From Azolla caroliniana (lineage: Eukaryota > Plantae > Polypodiophyta), in contig JBHGNT010000004.1 in assembly GCA_043228905.1 (NCBI GenBank), positions 24,614,001 to 24,678,000 on the forward strand: DNA of 64,000 nt. The letters are read 5' to 3'. Below, in pieces: positions 13,473 to 27,700 of this stretch. Below the pieces are notes generated by a model. It searched no databases. It was not told the DNA's origin and was given only the letters and a program-made list of their open reading frames with translations. The translations under genes were made by a program, and so were the position numbers. Position 1 is the stretch's first letter. Each line of letters opens with the position of its first letter.

Positions 13473-15716
13473 AGCCAGCCTTCCCCTATCTTTCTTTAGT
13501 CTACCTCCACTAAAGTCTCCTAATCAAGCTTCCACTCTAAGAATGCTTTTATTGTAATCATTGGGTTGATGGACGAGGATGAAGAAGATAGGAGCAAAAT
13601 CCCAATATAAATATAAACCACACACACACACGCTCATGTGAATCTCGTTAGTGATAGTGTGACACTATCTTTATCGCCTTTCTCAAACTTTTTGTATATC
13701 CAAAATGGCCCCCAAAATTTTGATGAAACATATCTTCAAATATGTACCAATGTCAATATCATCTCTCCAAAATAGCCCCAAGTTTTGTGGCCGGAGCCCA
13801 CGTCCCGTCTGTCTGTCTGTATGACACATGATAATAGTACGAAAAACCTAATATTACTTATTATCTTGAGCACCTCCCCTCCCCTCACGAGGCTCCTAGG
13901 GTAAATTAAGATAAAGGAAAGCCTTCAACACAAGTCAAAACCCGAGAATAGGGCCAAAAATATAATATTTACTTATTATCTTGAGCACCCCCCTCACGAG
14001 GCTGCGAAGGTAAATGAAGATAATGGGAAGCCTCTGTTGCTCACCGTTGTTGATTGTTGTTGTGCCTATACTGCCGCCACCGTCGCCATCTATCGCCATC
14101 CCCAAATCCTTAAAAAATTGTATAATATTAGTAATAAAATAAATAGATAAAATTGAATAATATTAGTAAATATAAATTAAATTAATACATAAATCAATAA
14201 AGAAATAATATAAAAATAATAGTAAATTAAGAAATATAATAATAATAAATAAAAGAAAAAGAAAAAAAAGATTATAGCTATTATGGTAAAATTAATTAAA
14301 TAAATAAACTATAGATATATTGTCATGTGTGGGGACCAAACCATATAGTTTGGTCCTAAGAGGAACCAAGAAACATTGTAACTAACTAAGGGTGGAACCA
14401 AGAAGTGGTGGGAAACCTTATAAATAGAGGTGCCTACCAAGAGGTTGGAGGAGAGGAAAAATGAGACTTGAGCAATGTACATTACATTGGTGGAAATAAC
14501 GGGCTTTTTTTAGATCAACCGCAGTCACACACCCACGGATTATCACACAGAAGCAGTCGTCGAGCCCACAAGTAACCAGCCAAGAAGACGTGAATCCAAG
14601 CACGACAAGTGCACATCAACTACACAAAGATGCAAACATCAGATTTCAACAACACAATGAGTATGCAACCAGAATTCATGGAACAAAGCTCTCCAAGCAA
14701 TGCAACCAAGCAAATGCTTCAAGCAATGTCGCCCAACGTATAGAAGCACCTGACTACATGGAATTGCCACAAGCACCTACAATGCCACAACATAACAATC
14801 AGAAGCATCAAGTCAAACCCACAACATGCCTGATGGATATTGACATACAAAATGCACAAATTAATGCTAAGAAGCAACTTCCAAGTCGGGACACTCAAGG
14901 ACGCCCACACTATTTTTACTGCAATAATTATGGCCATGTCAAGAAATATTGCGGGAAATTCGTTGCATCTAGAAATCATCAAAATACCCAAATCTAATTG
15001 GCTGATTCGACATCTCTTGCCGACATACAGGGAAACATCAATGCGGGACGTTAAAGGAAGAGTAACTCCCACACTTCCAAGCCTTCACATCTTCCAGTCG
15101 AATAGTTTGCTCCACAATAACATGCATTCAGAGTACATCCCATGAGGCATTACTAGATTCATGTAGCACAATCTTTTCAATTAGTTTAGATATAGTTAAT
15201 CAATTGCACTTACCAACATCATCTACACCACTAATCAATGTAGTTTTCGACGACAAGCAAAAACTCTAGAAATCATGCACACACGCACATTGCACCTTCA
15301 CACTAGCACAACATACTTTCGTCCATTCATTTTATGTCTTGCCAAACCAACTTTTTCCTTTAACATTAGGATGTGATTGGTTTGTTAAGCATGGGGCCCA
15401 ATTGCATTTCGACACACAGACATTAGTCTTTCCGTGTATTGGGCCATTCACCACAATTCCACTTCTTAACACCCCTCATATTAGCACACAAATCATGCAT
15501 ACTCAAATCCAAATAGAACCAACACAATCACGTTTAACCGATCTCTGTAGCCTACTCGGGCAATTTCCGAAAATCTTTATGAAGACAAAAAAACAACCCA
15601 AGTAACTTTACAAGTGTAGCATGCCATACCCACATCAGACTCTCCTCCAGTGCGAATGGCAGCTAGAAGGCGGTCACCACTTGATCATCAAAGAATAAAC
15701 ACTGCAGTCCAAGAAA

Positions 15717-17004
15717 GTTGGTTGAGGCATAGGTGACTTGCTCCGTTTGTGGAAGTAGATTGTTGGATTCAACTAGATGGTTGGTCAAGGATTTTGGTGG
15801 CGAAGATGGTGGTGGCCATAGATGAGCGATGACATAACATAGATGAGTGATGTTGTTTTTGTCATGATAAGTGATGCTGTTGTGGGGGCCGAAGTAGATT
15901 TTCATAATGAGAGGAATTTGTTTAGACTCATTGTTTTTGCTGTTCGTACAGGATGTCGGTGGTAGTTGGCGACATGGCAAGCTGGTTGGGCGAGATGTTG
16001 ATGTGGATGGGATGAAGAAGATTTTAGTTTCTTAGGGATTACAACAAACAGGATCTAGTTGTCGTTTTTGTCATGTAGTTATTTGTCTTTATAACATATT
16101 GCCATGATGAGAGGATGAGTGTTGATGGTGTGGAGGCTAAAGCAAATATATGAGGGGATGAGAAAACATTCTATACTCAATGTGGTATTATTTGCATAGG
16201 AACTTGGTGGTAATCGGCGAGATGGTTGATGCGGTCTTGATGAAGAATGTTTTGTGGGATAAGGATGAGTGAAGATGGCGTGGGGGTCGAAGCATGTTTT
16301 TTGAGGTTATGATAAAGCAAAAGTTGACATGGCTAATGTGAGAATATGAAAGTTGTGATAAACCAGACCGTTCATGGATTATTCTCTTCTTGTGATAAAA
16401 CGGATTGTTGAGGGGTTGTGGAGATGAAGGAATTCCAAGTGCATGCATATATCGGTAGGTTTGTTGTCTACAAATGCAACAATTGTAACAGGTGTTGAAG
16501 AACAACACAATTAAGTACAAGATTTTGGAGATAAATGATCCTTTAATATTTGATAGTGTCAAAATAAGATATGGCTTCATGATGAAGCATTTCCACAAGA
16601 TCTTGTGATGCAATGAAAACTAGTTTACAACCTACATATTTTCGAGGAGGAAGCAAATAGTGTAAAACAATTGATAATATCAAAGACTGGTTGAGTGATC
16701 GTCGAGGATCTAATGCGGAAGAGCTCCAAGGAAGTATTGAAGACTATTCTTCATGTTTATTTGGCATGTACACAAAATAATAGTCATTACATGCTTTATG
16801 TTTGTTTCGCATGTCAAAGATTGGTTTAGTGATCGTGGATAAGTTATTGAGGAAGAATTTGAAGGAAATATTGAAGGCTATTCTTCATGCTTGTTTGAAG
16901 GAACTATCTTTACCTACAAACATTGGACTGTTGGACTACTTTGTATATTGCCTTTGGCCATTTTCATTTTAATACAAATGGAGTATATTTTTTCAAAAAG
17001 AAAA
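15717..17004 (+). mobile_element. 5'-truncated LINE-like insertion in the RT of the 14321 element
   Basis: Interrupts ...TAVQE|MLEKDIIEPS and is flanked by the duplicated AAGAAA (15711-15716, 17005-17010). It ends in an A-rich tail and contains a degenerate RNase H-like HIFEEEANSV. Confidence 0.65.
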
Positions 17005-18100
17005 AAGAAATGCTCGAAAAGGATATTATTGAGCCGTCTAGCAGCGAATGGGTATTAGAACCTCATCTAGTAAAAAAAGATGATGGTACATTCAGATTTT
17101 GCATTGATTTTGAGATCAACAACCTACATATTTTCGAGGAGGAAGCAGATAGTGTAAAACAATTGATAATATCAAAGACTAGTTGAGTGATCGTCGAGGA
17201 TCTAATGCGGAAGAGCTCCAAGGAAGTATTGAAGACTATTCTTCATGTTTATTTGGCATGTACACAAAATAATAGTCATTACATGCTTTATGTTTGTTCG
17301 CATGTCAAAGATTGGTTTAGTGATCGTGGATAAGTTATTGAGGAAGAATTTGAAGGAAATATTGAAGGCTATTCTTCATGCTTGTTTGAAGGAACTATCT
17401 TTACCTACAAACATTGGACTGTTGGACTACTTTGTATATTGCCTTTGGCCATTTTCATTTTAATACAAATGGAGTATATTTTTTCAAAAAGAAAAAAGAA
17501 ATGCTCGAAAAGGATATTATTGAGCCGTCTAGCAGCGAATGGGTATTAGAACCTCATCTAGTAAAAAAAGATGATGGTACATTCAGATTTTGCATTGATT
17601 TTGAGATCAACAACCTACATATTTTCGAGGAGGAAGCAGATAGTGTAAAACAATTGATAATATCAAAGACTAGTTGAGTGATCGTCGAGGATCTAATGCG
17701 GAAGAGCTCCAAGGAAGTATTGAAGACTATTCTTCATGTTTATTTGGCATGTACACAAAATAATAGTCATTACATGCTTTATGTTTGTTCGCATGTCAAA
17801 GATTGGTTTAGTGATCGTGGATAAGTTATTGAGGAAGAATTTGAAGGAAATATTGAAGGCTATTCTTCATGCTTGTTTGAAGGAACTATCTTTACCTACA
17901 AACATTGGACTGTTGGACTACTTTGTATATTGCCTTTGGCCATTTTCATTTTAATACAAATGGAGTATATTTTTTCAAAAAAAAAAAAGAAATGCTCGAA
18001 AAGGATATTATTGAGCCGTCTAGCAGCGAATGGGTATTAGAACCTCATCTAGTAAAAAAAGATGATGGTACATTCAGATTTTGCATTGATTTTGAGATCA
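16627..18100. repeat. Three tandem copies of a 491-492-bp unit (LINE tail plus RT start)
   Basis: Units start at 16627, 17119 and 17610. Identical 87-aa and 72-aa ORFs recur in the ORF track. Confidence 0.95.
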
Positions 18101-18686
18101 CTGAATAAAATTACAAAACATGACATATATCCATTACCATGCATTGACGATTTAATCGACCAACTCGGTAAGTCAAGATACTTTACATCCTTAGATCTGA
18201 CTTCAGGGTACTGGCAAATACCCCTACGACCTAAAGATAAACACAAGACAACATTTAGAACACAACACGACTTACACCAATTCAAGAGGATGCCCTTCGG
18301 ATTATCAGATGCAGGCATCACATTCCAAAGAATGGTGAACACCATTTTCTAGGACCTAATCAATAAAGGATTCATACTGGTCTATCTTGACGATATACAG
18401 ATACACATTGTTAAACATACTCAAATCCTACAAGAAGTCCTCCTAACCTACAACTACAGTTTAAGAAGTGCAAATGGGGAGCAACAAAATTATGATTTTT
18501 AGGCTTTATGATATCCTCATATGGCATCCAATTCGACCCTGGTAAGATACGAGCCATTGCAGACTATCCAATGCCAACCAACATCAAGTTCCTACAAAGC
18601 CTCCTCGATCTTGTGAACTTTGCACTAAGGTTTATTCCTAACCTAACTATGGTCACAACTCCCTTAAGATTACTATTGAAAAAAGG

Positions 18687-18980
18687 ATCCAAATATCAGT
18701 GATCGGCATATTGTGCACAAAATTTTGAGAAACTCAAACAATTAATCACTAACGCAGGAACCTTGGCATTCCCAGAGTTCAGCAAAGTCTTCCGCCTCGA
18801 GACAGATGCTTCCAATTATGGAATAGGTGCCATATCCAAATATCAGTGATCGACATATTGTGCACAAAATTTTGAGAAACTCAAACAATTAATCACTAAC
18901 GCAGGAACCTTGGCATTCCCAGAGTTCAACAAAGTCTTTCGCCTCCAGACAGATGCTTCCAATTATGGAATAGGTGCCAT
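18687..18980. repeat. 147-bp tandem duplication in the RT/RNase H region
   Basis: ATCCAAATATCAGTGATCG...GGAATAGGTGCCAT occurs at 18687 and again at 18834. Confidence 0.9.
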
Positions 18981-20899
18981 ACTCCTGCAACAGGATGACA
19001 ATGATGACTAGCAGCCGATAGCATACATCAGCAGAGCATTGATGAAATCAGAAGAGAACTACTCTACAATAGAAAAAGAGTTCCTAGCAATTGTTTGGGC
19101 ATTCTAGAAGTTTCACCCCTACATGCATGCGATTGTATTTACCAGAGGCATTACAAGAAACTTACCTTGAATTCTATCATAATCATCAGTTGACACGCCA
19201 TTTTGGCTTAGCTCCTCCATCGCATTCGTTCTATGTATTATTGGCCAAAATTACGACAATCTATCTCCACATTCCTACAACCATGCCCCACATGTCAGGC
19301 CGTAAAATACCCAAGGTCTAGATACGATACCTTGACACCCATTGAGGTCAAGGAACCTTTAGAGATGGTGGAATGGGACCTAATGGGCCGGTTTCCAACA
19401 TCAATACAAGGAAACATATATATTTTGGTAATTGCAGAATACCTGACACGTTGGTGCAAAGCTATTGGCTTACCTGATGCAACAATAATACGGTCGCCAA
19501 TGGCCTTTTACAACAGGCGATCTTTCCTCACGGGTGCCCTCACCAAATTCTTTCAAATCAAGGATCACAGTTCCGAAGCGAAGTGATGCAAGTTCTGACG
19601 CAGAGTTTGGGAATCAAGTAGTTGTTTGCATCGCCATATCATCCGCAGACTAACGGCCTCACAGAGCGAATGAACAAAACCATTAAACAGATAATCACAA
19701 CCTACATTGATCCTTTACACCAATCATGGGATCAAGTATTGCCGTTTGTGGTGCATGCATACAATACCTCAGTGCAAGAATCCACCAAGGTGAGTAAATT
19801 CAGGGCGTTGTATGGCCGAGATCCTCGTTTCCCACCAGATCCACACACCCTCAAAATCAACCCACACCATAGCGATGCCACATCGTGGTGGATGTACCTA
19901 CAATCAAACATGCCTCTTCTCCGATGAGACATTCAATATAACTTGAGTAAAGCACAACAACGACAAAAGAGGCTCTTTGACAAATCACATATACCAATCA
20001 AGCTCAACATTGACAAATACGTCAGAGTCTATTGACCTATTCGGAAAAAGGGTCTTTGTGAATCATTCATGCATGATAGATGGTTAGGTCCAAACAAGAT
20101 CATAGCGGGCATCGGCTTGAACACATACCGTTTGCGCTGAGTCGATAAATCGACGGAAACAGTTGCACACCTCTCACAGATCACGCGCATACCTTCCCCA
20201 GCCGACAACCTCCACCCCAACGTCATCGGCGAGGACATCACGGGACCATTGCAGCCATCGACACACCTAGATGCCTCCATAGTTTAGGCGCGAGAGCTTC
20301 CTCCACTACGCATCAGCCAATAGCCGCCCACAGTCGTTGCACCATCGACAGTGCAGTAGCCAACATCCCCCATAAGCGTTATACAGTGACTTCATCCCTT
20401 GAGGAGTCAAAAGCCCTCGTTGTATTGTGAAGTCCATCCTTTGGGCCACAAAGTAACAAGTCCTAATATGTAATTTTTCAGAAAGGGGGAGGTGTCATGT
20501 GTGGGGACCAAACCATATAGTTTGGTCCCAAGAGGAACCAAGAAACATTATAACTAACTTAGGGTAGAACCAAGAACCGGTGGGAAACCTTATAAATAGA
20601 GGTGCCTACCAAGAGGTTGGAGGACGGAAAAACGAGACTTGAGCAGTGTACATTACAATATAATAATAATAATAATAATAATTTGATAACAGTAATTATA
20701 ACTTCAATTAAGTAAATAAATAAATTATTTTAGGAATTAAAATTAAAATAAACAAACAAATAATAATAATAATCTATTTAAATAAGTAGATAGGTGAATT
20801 ATTATGAAAAGTAATTAAACAAAATAAATTGAAATATAAATAAGACAATATTGATAATAGTAAATAAAATAAAATAACATTACCATTAATAATTAAATA

Positions 20900-21845
20900 C
20901 CTACTTGTCTCATAATTGTACAAAATGTAATATATCAACCCAATCATCTTGTTGATAATTGATGAAACATTGAAGATACTGCGCCAATGTTTGATTTGTA
21001 CGTTTGTTTCACCATTAGTTTGGGGATGATAGCCTTAGGAGACCTTGAGCATTGTGAAGAGATACTTCCAAATGTTAGATATTCAATTGAGGTCCACAAT
21101 CATTGTTGATATTATCTAGAAGACTGTGGTGACAAAATATTTCATTTGTTGTGTTCTCACTACTGATGTCCTTAGTGCATGGAAACAAATGTGCCATTTT
21201 AGTATATCGATAAACTAATGTTAAGATAGTGTTGAACCCTTTAGAATTTGGATGATCTGCAATGAAATCTAAAGACATAGATTGCCATGGCCCACTTGGA
21301 GTTGGTAACGATTGCAATAAACCATACGAATGATGTTGGGACATCTTTGCTTTACAATATGTATCACATGTCGAACATAATCTTCGACAAATTTACATAG
21401 ATGAGGCCACCAGAATGATTGTGTTACCAAATCCAAGGTCTTATTGATACCAAAATGCTTAGCCATATATGTATCCCTTGCGTATCATGGCAATATTGTA
21501 TTAAGAAGAGTAATCCATCATGCCACTTGAATTACTTATAATCTATACCTTAATGTTGTGACTGAGAGCAAGATGCATGAGTCGGATCAATGTGATCGAA
21601 GATGTCTTGAGCAAAGACATCTATCTTGAGATAATGATGAATAGTATCAACAGTCATGCTTGAATCTAGTTTACTATCAAAGATAATCACCAAGACAAGG
21701 TGCTAAATACAAACATCATGATAATGCATCTACTTTCCCTTCAAGTTGCTTGCTATGACAAAATGTAATATTGAAATCAAAATGAGAAAGAAATTATGCC
21801 CATCGAGCTTGTCGTTTGTTTAGCACATGAGCACTCTGGAAATAG
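20900..21845 (-). mobile_element. Degraded Ty3/gypsy RNaseH-integrase fragment
   Basis: Fragments HFGINKTLDLVTQSFWWP, GLLQSLPTPSGPWQSMSLDFI and LNKRQARWA. Confidence 0.8.
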
Positions 21846-21849
21846 GTGG

Positions 21850-22269
21850 GTTATGGGCATGACCATATCCCGTGGTAAGTTTTACCGTAGTATTCTATAC
21901 ACGTGGATAAAGTGTGAGGGTTAAACGAGAGTGTAAAGAAGGGAAGGATTACTTTTAATCCTTGGGATAGGGACAACCCATTAGGCCAAGTGTGAACTTG
22001 CTTGGGGGCCTTAGGTTTGGCCATAAATTTGAGGCCTAGCTACGCTCATTTGACACATTATCGACTACGTCGAGACTCTGTCATTGTGGTGGGTCAACTC
22101 TTGTAGCGAGTGTGCCAGCACCAGGTACGACTCGATGCCACAATGGTGGTATGGGATGCTAATCAAGGCTTGAGTCCGCCTCGATCCCTTCGCTCGGGGG
22201 TGGCTGGGTGGATTGGCACCCTTCTTTCTCTCTCTCCTTTCTTATTTTATATCTATCATATCCTTATCA
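21850..22269 (+). mobile_element. Family A LTR, about 420 bp (solo, or detached 5' LTR of the copy ending at 30085)
   Basis: Colinear with 29666-30085 and ends TCCTTATCA. No TSD was found. Confidence 0.9.
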
Positions 22270-22300
22270 TATGCTTACATTAGTAGCTAGCTCTAACAAT

Positions 22301-22312
22301 TGGTATCCGAGC
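22301..22312 (+). other. tRNA-Met-like primer binding site of another LTR element remnant
   Basis: ...CTCTAACA-AT-TGGTATCCGAGC, one mismatch from the canonical TGGTATCAGAGC. Confidence 0.6.
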
Positions 22313-22628
22313 TTTCATTCTAATGTTTCTTTTGTTGATTGTTTTTTTTCTTGTTTGATGACGATCGATCGAGCTTGATCAGATAGCTATCAACAAAGGA
22401 ACTTTGGTAACTCTTTTTTTTTCTATTCTTTCTTCTCCCAATCTAATCATGTATAGTCAATATGTAATTTTTTACATTGATTCAATTATGTTGTAGTGGT
22501 AATAATTGGTTGTATAAAACATTTACATATTTGTATGAGGTCAATACTTCATCTGACATATATTTGATATTTGATTTGTGTCGTATGCATAGAACGTAAT
22601 ATTCGTGTTCGTGCAACCATTCAAACGT

Positions 22629-22962
22629 AAATTTTATGTTAGTGTCATGTTCCTTCTTCTTTTTTCTTTCTTTCTTTGTTATTAGAAATTAGGTTACCCT
22701 AGTGGTAAGTTGTTATGCTACTACTGCCTATGTCATGGCAAAATTTTATGTTAGTGTCATGTTCCTTTTTCTTTTTTCTCTTTTTCTTTGTTATTTGAAA
22801 TTAGGTCACCCTAGTGGTAAGTTGTTATGCTACTACTGCCTATGTCATGGCAAAATTTTATGTTAGTGTCATGTTCCTTCTTCTTTTTTCTTTCTTTCTT
22901 TGTTATTAGAAATTAGGTCACCCTAGTGGTAAGTTGTTATGTTACTACTGCCAATGTCATGT
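22629..22962. repeat. About 112-bp tandem repeat, 3 copies
   Basis: AAATTTTATGTTAGTGTCATGTTCC...GTCAT units start near 22629, 22742 and 22853. Confidence 0.9.
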
Positions 22963-23095
22963 TTTCTTCGTATTCTCGAATATACGTTTTATGAGTTTTT
23001 GAACGTTTGATTATAATTTATAATGACATATTTTGATTCAATCTCTATAGTTCATACTCATTTTTTTGTGAAGTTCTAAAGTGAGGATGATAGAG

Positions 23096-23210
23096 ATGTC
23101 TTGATTCTTAAGAAGCATCCCAAAAGTATGCATGTGATACAATGCAAATATTGCAACCATACTTGTGTTGGTGGTTCACAATGGATTAGAGTCCATTTAT
23201 TGGGATTGAG
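23096..23210 (+). pseudogene. hAT-type BED zinc-finger fragment
   Basis: Translates DVLILKKHPKSMHVIQCKYCNHTCVGGSQWIRVHLLGL. Confidence 0.6.
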
Positions 23211-24730
23211 AGTGAATCAATATATAATATAGACTATAGTCAATCCAATCCAACTTTGAGATGATTTACCATACATGTTTGATTGAATCATTCTCGAATG
23301 CGAATGCACATATGATACGTATGGTTCATTCTATGGTCATATGCTTACGAGGTTAATACCTCAATTGTGTATTACGTTCACATACAATGTTATGTGTGCA
23401 TATGAGGTCAATACCTCAATTTCTAAGTATTTGATATGCGATCTGTGTCGTATGCATAAGAGGTCAATACCTCAATTGCGTATTTTGTGACCATTATTTT
23501 TGGATGTTTCGTGTACGTAGAGACTATATGCCTCGATTACGTATCTTGATTACATCATTTGTTGGCTATGTTATGTTACGATTTTTTTTAAAATATACGC
23601 ATATGTGGTCACATGTATATGTATTTAATCGTATACATGTGATAAACATAAATATGTCTATATTAGTGTTTATTACGTGATTCTGTATATCGAACGTTGT
23701 CCTTTTCGGGGAGAGGACCTTGGTGGCTGTCCTCACATTTTTTGTGAGAATGGCATAGTCACCATCCTTTTTCAACAATATTTTTTATTGTCATCCCCAT
23801 TGGTCACTTCGATTTTACTACGGGTTATACCGAAACGATCATAGCCACAATGATGTTGAGAGCGTAGGGCTTGACCCACTTCAAGTGAGGTCGCACCTAT
23901 GACGCACGCATCCAACATCCCTCCCTCATTACATGGTTACGATGCCACCATGAGATCATCATTACGAAAGGCATTCGTAATGATGTAACCATGTGATAGG
24001 CCACGTGGGCCTACTACGAAACGAGGGCTCCTATGGCTTGACCATTAGGTTGCACTTTGGGGTATGTCATCGTAATGATGAGCCTTGAGGTAGGGTAACG
24101 TACCAACATAGTTTTCGTGTTAACGAGGGGGAAATAAGGTTTCTAGACACATATCTTTCATTTGAAAAACATATATGGGCAAATGCCTTCACATATCTCT
24201 CATATGCATAAATATTTAAAAGGAGCAATCCATTTGGTTAGCTCGTGTTTAATGTATTCGTTCTTGAGGTCTCGAGTTCGAATATGACCAAGACCATACA
24301 ACATAGTTGATATATATGCCTATAAAACATGTTTAGACTTGAGCTCTAACTGTACATCGGGGTCCTCATAATAGGACTTAAAGAGCCAAAACCACATGGG
24401 TGGGCACAGAGATGTAGTTTATTGTTAACATTTTTTCATGTATAAACTATTCATGACGCGAACATACATGGTTGAGCCTCGGGGAGCCGCCATGAAAAAA
24501 TTGTTATAGAGATCAGGGAAAGACATGCATTTGTCACCCCCATGGTTTTTAAAACACCTTTGTGTTACCATAGTAACTTGATCTTGAACCTCATCTCATA
24601 CGTCTAGAGGGGTATTGACGTGAGATCATGATATCGATTAATGTTTGCCCATGATATGTTTACATCACGACATGATGTCATAACTATTTGTCTGACCTTA
24701 TCCTATTTCTGTGCCAGAAATTATCATTCA

Positions 24731-27700
24731 ATGGCTCATAATAACGACCCGATCTCATCCGCCCAAGCGGAAGGAATTCAAGGAAATCCTCTTGGGCCAA
24801 TCCCCATTGGGTCGTATTTTTTACAAATACAAAATTTCCTTAATTCTACCTTGCATGAGATTTCCGAACTTCGGCAATCTCATAGTGCTCTCGAGGCACG
24901 TTGTCGTGAAGATTTTCATCCATTGGGGGAAAACCGATCGGAGTGAGCAAAACCGGGGTGTGCAACGTTGCACACGCACATGATGTATTTGTAAATATTA
25001 ATAAGAACAAATGTAAAATGTAAGAAATGCACCACAAGATTCCTAAAATGTAAATGTGATGTGCACTTGTGTGCACATCCACATGAGAAAGAGAGGGGTA
25101 CATAGGAGTACGAGGTGAGTAAGGGGCATAGTAGTATGTGCGAGGAGTGGGAGTTAAGGCCCCAAGAATCTAAGCAAATATCCCCCATTGAATGAAGGGG
25201 ATATTTAGTCTCTCTTTTTTGTAATGGATTTCTCTCCTTATGCTATAAAAGGAGAGGAAGGGGCACCATTGAAGGGGTTGCCTATTTTGAGTGAGAAGAG
25301 GTATACCACTTAGGTCGAGGGTTTCTATTCGGTTTAGGGTTTTCTTCATTTCTTTCTTTATTTATCTGATTAGTGTTTACATTCTACTTATGTTTTGAGT
25401 CTGACCCACGCGGCCGCGGTTGTAATCGCATTGAGGCTTTCATGCCCATACTATACATAACTTCTTGAATCTTGTCTCTCTCTACTTTCTCTACCGTGTT
25501 AATCTCTTCCACTTTGCCCATACCCGTCTTCCCATTTACTCCTAGTCCAAGACCCCCGTGGTCCCGCCTTATTCTACATGCACGGGCGTAATAACGCGAC
25601 AACGTGTCATTAGTATACAACATGATACTAATAGACCCGATGAGCGTCAAGGTGAACCATCGTTTGTCCTAAAGCCATTCACGGGAGAAAAAAAGGAAAG
25701 AATCAAAGAAGCAATCTGCACGTGGATGGGAGTCTCATTTTGAGCTCTATCCCAAGCCAGATAGTACAAAGATTGCATATATAAGTCGAGAACTAGGGGG
25801 TAAGACCGTCGCCTGGTGGCATGGGCTCCGCATTACGGGGAAATTGCCCGATACCTGGATAGACTTTGTCACAGTTTACAAATGGTCAATTTTTGCAACC
25901 TCCATCTCGAACCGAGTCAGCACAACTCCTCTCTAGCCGGAAATTTTCCTCGCTAGAAGACTATGTTCACATGCTAGAACCCAAAACCAAAAATCGGGTC
26001 TATAAGGGGACAATTGGTTAATAGCTTGTTTTGTCAATGATATCCCCAATTTGGACTATCATTGGATAGTGCACGATAAAGATCCAAAATCCTTTGAAGA
26101 GTCCGTTGAAATAGTTTTTCGTTATCAATGCATTTCGAAGGACCATAACAAACCCGAAGCGCTTGGGACTAAGCAGTCGCCATTCGCTAGGAAACGCAAA
26201 ACACCCAACGAATTCATGGATCGTGATTGTAAGCGACATGTTTGGGGACCGCCACAAAATGTAAGTCTTGGCGGGAGTCGATATTTTGTCTCCTTCATCG
26301 ACGACTACAACTGGCTTTTTGCATGTTCTTCAAAACGAAGGGTCACACAAAAGAGCAATTGGAAGCTCCAATGGAAAGAGCACGACAATGAAACCAAAGT
26401 TGCAAAACATCAAGGTCAGATTCCTGATGTCCTTGATGTCTATACACATCATTTAAGTAATTGTAAATGTTCTTTCCCTCACGATGTATCGGGACCCAAT
26501 GATTTATTACGTGCAAACGGGTATATCAATGGATCTCTCGTACAATTCTTATTTGATTCAGGAAGCTCACACAACTTTGTGAATGATTGTTTGGTTCAGA
26601 TATGGGGAATCCAACCCACCATAAGTGATCACACCTATAAGGTGCACTTGGCTGATGGAAGAGTACAATACATCAATGGGGCAATTCATTCATTAGGAAT
26701 TTCTATTGATACTTATATACAGGAAGTAGATTGTTTCCTCTCCATCAATATCCGAGTTGTCTTGTTCTTCTTTATTTTATTGTGTAATTGATCCAAACAT
26801 TCACGTTTATAACATCGATAGTGTCTCGGGTCATTACCATATTTTGAACAACAACTCCTCAATGAAATCTTAAATGATTTTCGTGATGTTTTCCCAAGTG
26901 AAGTACCACATGGGTTACCTCCAAAACGTAATATAGACCATTGTATAAATATTGTACCTGGCTTTGGACCAATAAGTATACCTCTATATCGCTTAAATCG
27001 ATCCGAAGAGGATGAGGTATCTAATCAACTCAAGGACTATTTACGAATGGGTTATGTACGTTATAGTAAATCTCCATGGGGTTGCAACTATTCTCTTGGT
27101 AAAAAAGAAAGAGGGCACATGGCGTATGTGTATTAATTACCGACGCTTCAAAACAGTGACGATCAAGAATTCATGTCCATTCCCCTGAGCTGATGATATG
27201 ATTGACCGTCTCTAGGGAGCTCAATATTTTACGAAACTTGATCTTCATATGGGCTACAATCAAATTCATATAAGTGAGGAAGATGTTCCTAAAACAACAT
27301 TTCGTACATGATATGACCATTATGAGGTTTTGATCATGCCTTTCACTTTGACCAATGCTTCGGCCACATTTCAACAAGAAATAAAAGACATTTTCCGAGA
27401 ACAACTTTGAAAATTTGTCATTTTTTTCTTGGATAATATTCTAGTTTATAGTCGTACATTAGAAGAACATGCTAAACATGTCCGCTTTGTTTTACAAAAA
27501 TTGCATGACAAGCAATTCTATGCGAAGATCTCAAAATGTGAGTTCTTCAAGAAATCAATTACTTATCTTGGACATTTCATAACCGAACGAGGAGTTGAAA
27601 TTGATCCTTCTCGCATCGAGAAAGTCAAACTTTGGCCCATTCTTCGGAATATTCGAGAAGTTCGATCATTCCTTGGGTTTGTCGAGTTTTTGCGGAAATC

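Larger units (their letters stand above)
14321..20657 (+). mobile_element. Full-length degraded Ty3/gypsy element with short LTRs
   Basis: LTRs 14321-14486 and 20493-20657 (TGTCA...TTACA), TSD ATAT, PBS-like TGGTGGAAATAACGGGC at 14488 (tRNA-Ala-like, degenerate) and PPT AGAAAGGGGGAGG. Broken gag (CNNYGHVKKYC), RT (LDLTSGYWQI), RH and INT (PYHPQTNGLTERMN). Confidence 0.92.
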
